Both the position numbers and the translations under genes were made by a program. 49,588 nucleotides of DNA from an uncultured Prevotella sp. Lineage in GTDB: Bacteria > Bacteroidota > Bacteroidia > Bacteroidales > Bacteroidaceae. Of this stretch, positions 48,553 through 49,588 are shown piece after piece; within the stretch, counting starts at the first letter, position 1; the number at the start of each line of letters is the position of its first letter. The notes under the pieces were generated by a model. That model made no database searches. It worked only from the letters and a program-made list of their open reading frames with translations, and was not told the origin of the DNA. The stretch is from positions 1 through 49,588 of the forward strand of contig CAZTUD010000001.1 in the NCBI GenBank assembly GCA_964616945.1. Reading direction: 5' to 3'.

Positions 48553-49458
48553 ATGAACATGAAAAAAACATTGACAATATGCCTTTCGCTGCTTGCCTTG
48601 CTTTCGTCTTGTGGCAGCGAGGACTCACTGGCTCCTGGCACCGACGACACTCTTGACGCTTTCATGCCGGCCGACGGCGACAACAACGAGGAGGCGCAGA
48701 TTAGGAGGCAGTTTTTCAACGACGAGAAAACCTACTTGCTTTTCAATGACACAATCAGGCGGCAGTATCTTGGCAACGATTCGGCGGGAAAGGCCATTTA
48801 CCGCATAGAGACCTTGGACATAACTTATTCTGTGGGCGACGCCCAGACGCCGGGACGTTCTTATTCATACGAATATCTTACGACTGTGGCCGAGAAGCGA
48901 GCTGCCGCCGACTTCGTGAAGAGCCAAATTCTTGCGCATTTGCAAGCCAAAAGCCTGCGGCCTTTCTCTTGGCTTGCTGTAAGGAGTATTACGGAAAATA
49001 ATTCGGGCGAAGCCTACAAGAGCGTGAGCGGCGAGCGGTGCATAGCGGTGGCGCTTGGCGACATTGCCGACCCGAGTGTCGACAAGCAGCAACTCAGCGC
49101 AGGCATAATGTCGTCGATGCTTGGCGGCATCATAATCAACAACGACGAAGCCCTGGAGCCTTTCTATGCGGTCAGCAACGACGTTTACGGCGCACGATTC
49201 TCTTCCGACAGAGTGGAGGAAAACGAATGGAAGCAAATATTAAGCCAAGGATTCATAAAACGAGCAGTAAACCAATGGTCGGGAAACATTCTTTGGGGCT
49301 GGTATCCTGAAAAGCAAGAGGACGTAAACGCATACGTCGAGCTTGTGCTTTCAAATACGGAAGAGCAAGTGAGGACGCAGTACGCCGACTATCCGCTTGT
49401 GTTGCAGAAATACAACTTGATGAAGCGGGTTTTTGAGGACGTGGGTTACAAGTTCTAA
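48553..49458 (+). CDS. Lipoprotein of unknown function downstream of SusD
   Basis: Lipobox LSSC; 301 aa; co-oriented with the SusC/SusD genes. Confidence 0.8.
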   Translation: MNMKKTLTICLSLLALLSSCGSEDSLAPGTDDTLDAFMPADGDNNEEAQIRRQFFNDEKTYLLFNDTIRRQYLGNDSAGKAIYRIETLDITYSVGDAQTPGRSYSYEYLTTVAEKRAAADFVKSQILAHLQAKSLRPFSWLAVRSITENNSGEAYKSVSGERCIAVALGDIADPSVDKQQLSAGIMSSMLGGIIINNDEALEPFYAVSNDVYGARFSSDRVEENEWKQILSQGFIKRAVNQWSGNILWGWYPEKQEDVNAYVELVLSNTEEQVRTQYADYPLVLQKYNLMKRVFEDVGYKF

Positions 49459-49512
49459 AAAGGTTTTCAAGAAAAAGTCTGTTCTTTCTTTTGGCTTTCG
49501 GAAAAAAATCGC

Positions 49513-49520
49513 TAACTTTG
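49513..49520 (+). promoter_or_regulatory. Bacteroidetes -7 promoter element for the tRNA
   Basis: TAACTTTG 11 bp before the tRNA, with TTTG about 20 bp upstream. Confidence 0.6.
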
Positions 49521-49531
49521 CGCCACGTGTT

Positions 49532-49588
49532 GGTCTGATAGTTCAATGGATAGAACGGAGGTTTCCTAAACCTTTGATCCGGGTTCGA
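49532..49588 (+). tRNA. tRNA-Arg(CCT), truncated by the window end
   Basis: GGTCTGA acceptor 5' strand, D arm GTTC-AATGGATA-GAAC, anticodon arm GAGGT-TT-CCT-AA-ACCTT, and GGTTCGA T-loop. Confidence 0.9.

Noticed and set aside
41393-49588. Second SusCD locus as a tRNA-integrated island
   Set aside because: It lies 5' of the tRNA, and no integrase or duplicated tRNA fragment is seen.

Overview
Prevotella-like (Bacteroidales) chromosomal window, judged from gene content, TTTG-N19-21-TAnnTTTG promoters and T9SS-type C-termini. From left to right: (1) a low-GC, co-oriented array of four type II toxin-antitoxin operons (two antitoxin/VapC, one MNT/HepT, one antitoxin/PIN) plus a deleted DUF6169-like remnant, with spacers that share a 43-bp promoter block and double hairpins; (2) a tandemly duplicated 318-bp hairpin-rich element; (3) an ECF sigma/FecR/SusC/SusD locus with an HEXXH metallopeptidase, a DUF4302-like and a BACON lipoprotein; (4) desulfoferrodoxin and ndh; (5) three BspA-type LRR surface proteins, the first frameshifted at a C9 tract, plus a small peptide gene; (6) housekeeping genes: ABC ATPase, SF1 helicase-GNAT fusion, alpha/beta hydrolase, another PIN TA pair, YitT, argS, a DUF559-RNase H fusion, DsbD, a serine dehydratase-like protein, MgtC, ychF and lgt; (7) a second ECF/FecR/SusC/SusD locus; (8) a truncated tRNA-Arg(CCT). 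The strongest candidates for an undescribed system are a DUF559 endonuclease bracketed by 37-bp inverted repeats, with a non-autonomous copy inserted in-frame in the helicase and solo arms elsewhere, and the repeat-delimited TA cassette array. Family names come from motif recognition only; no database search was run.
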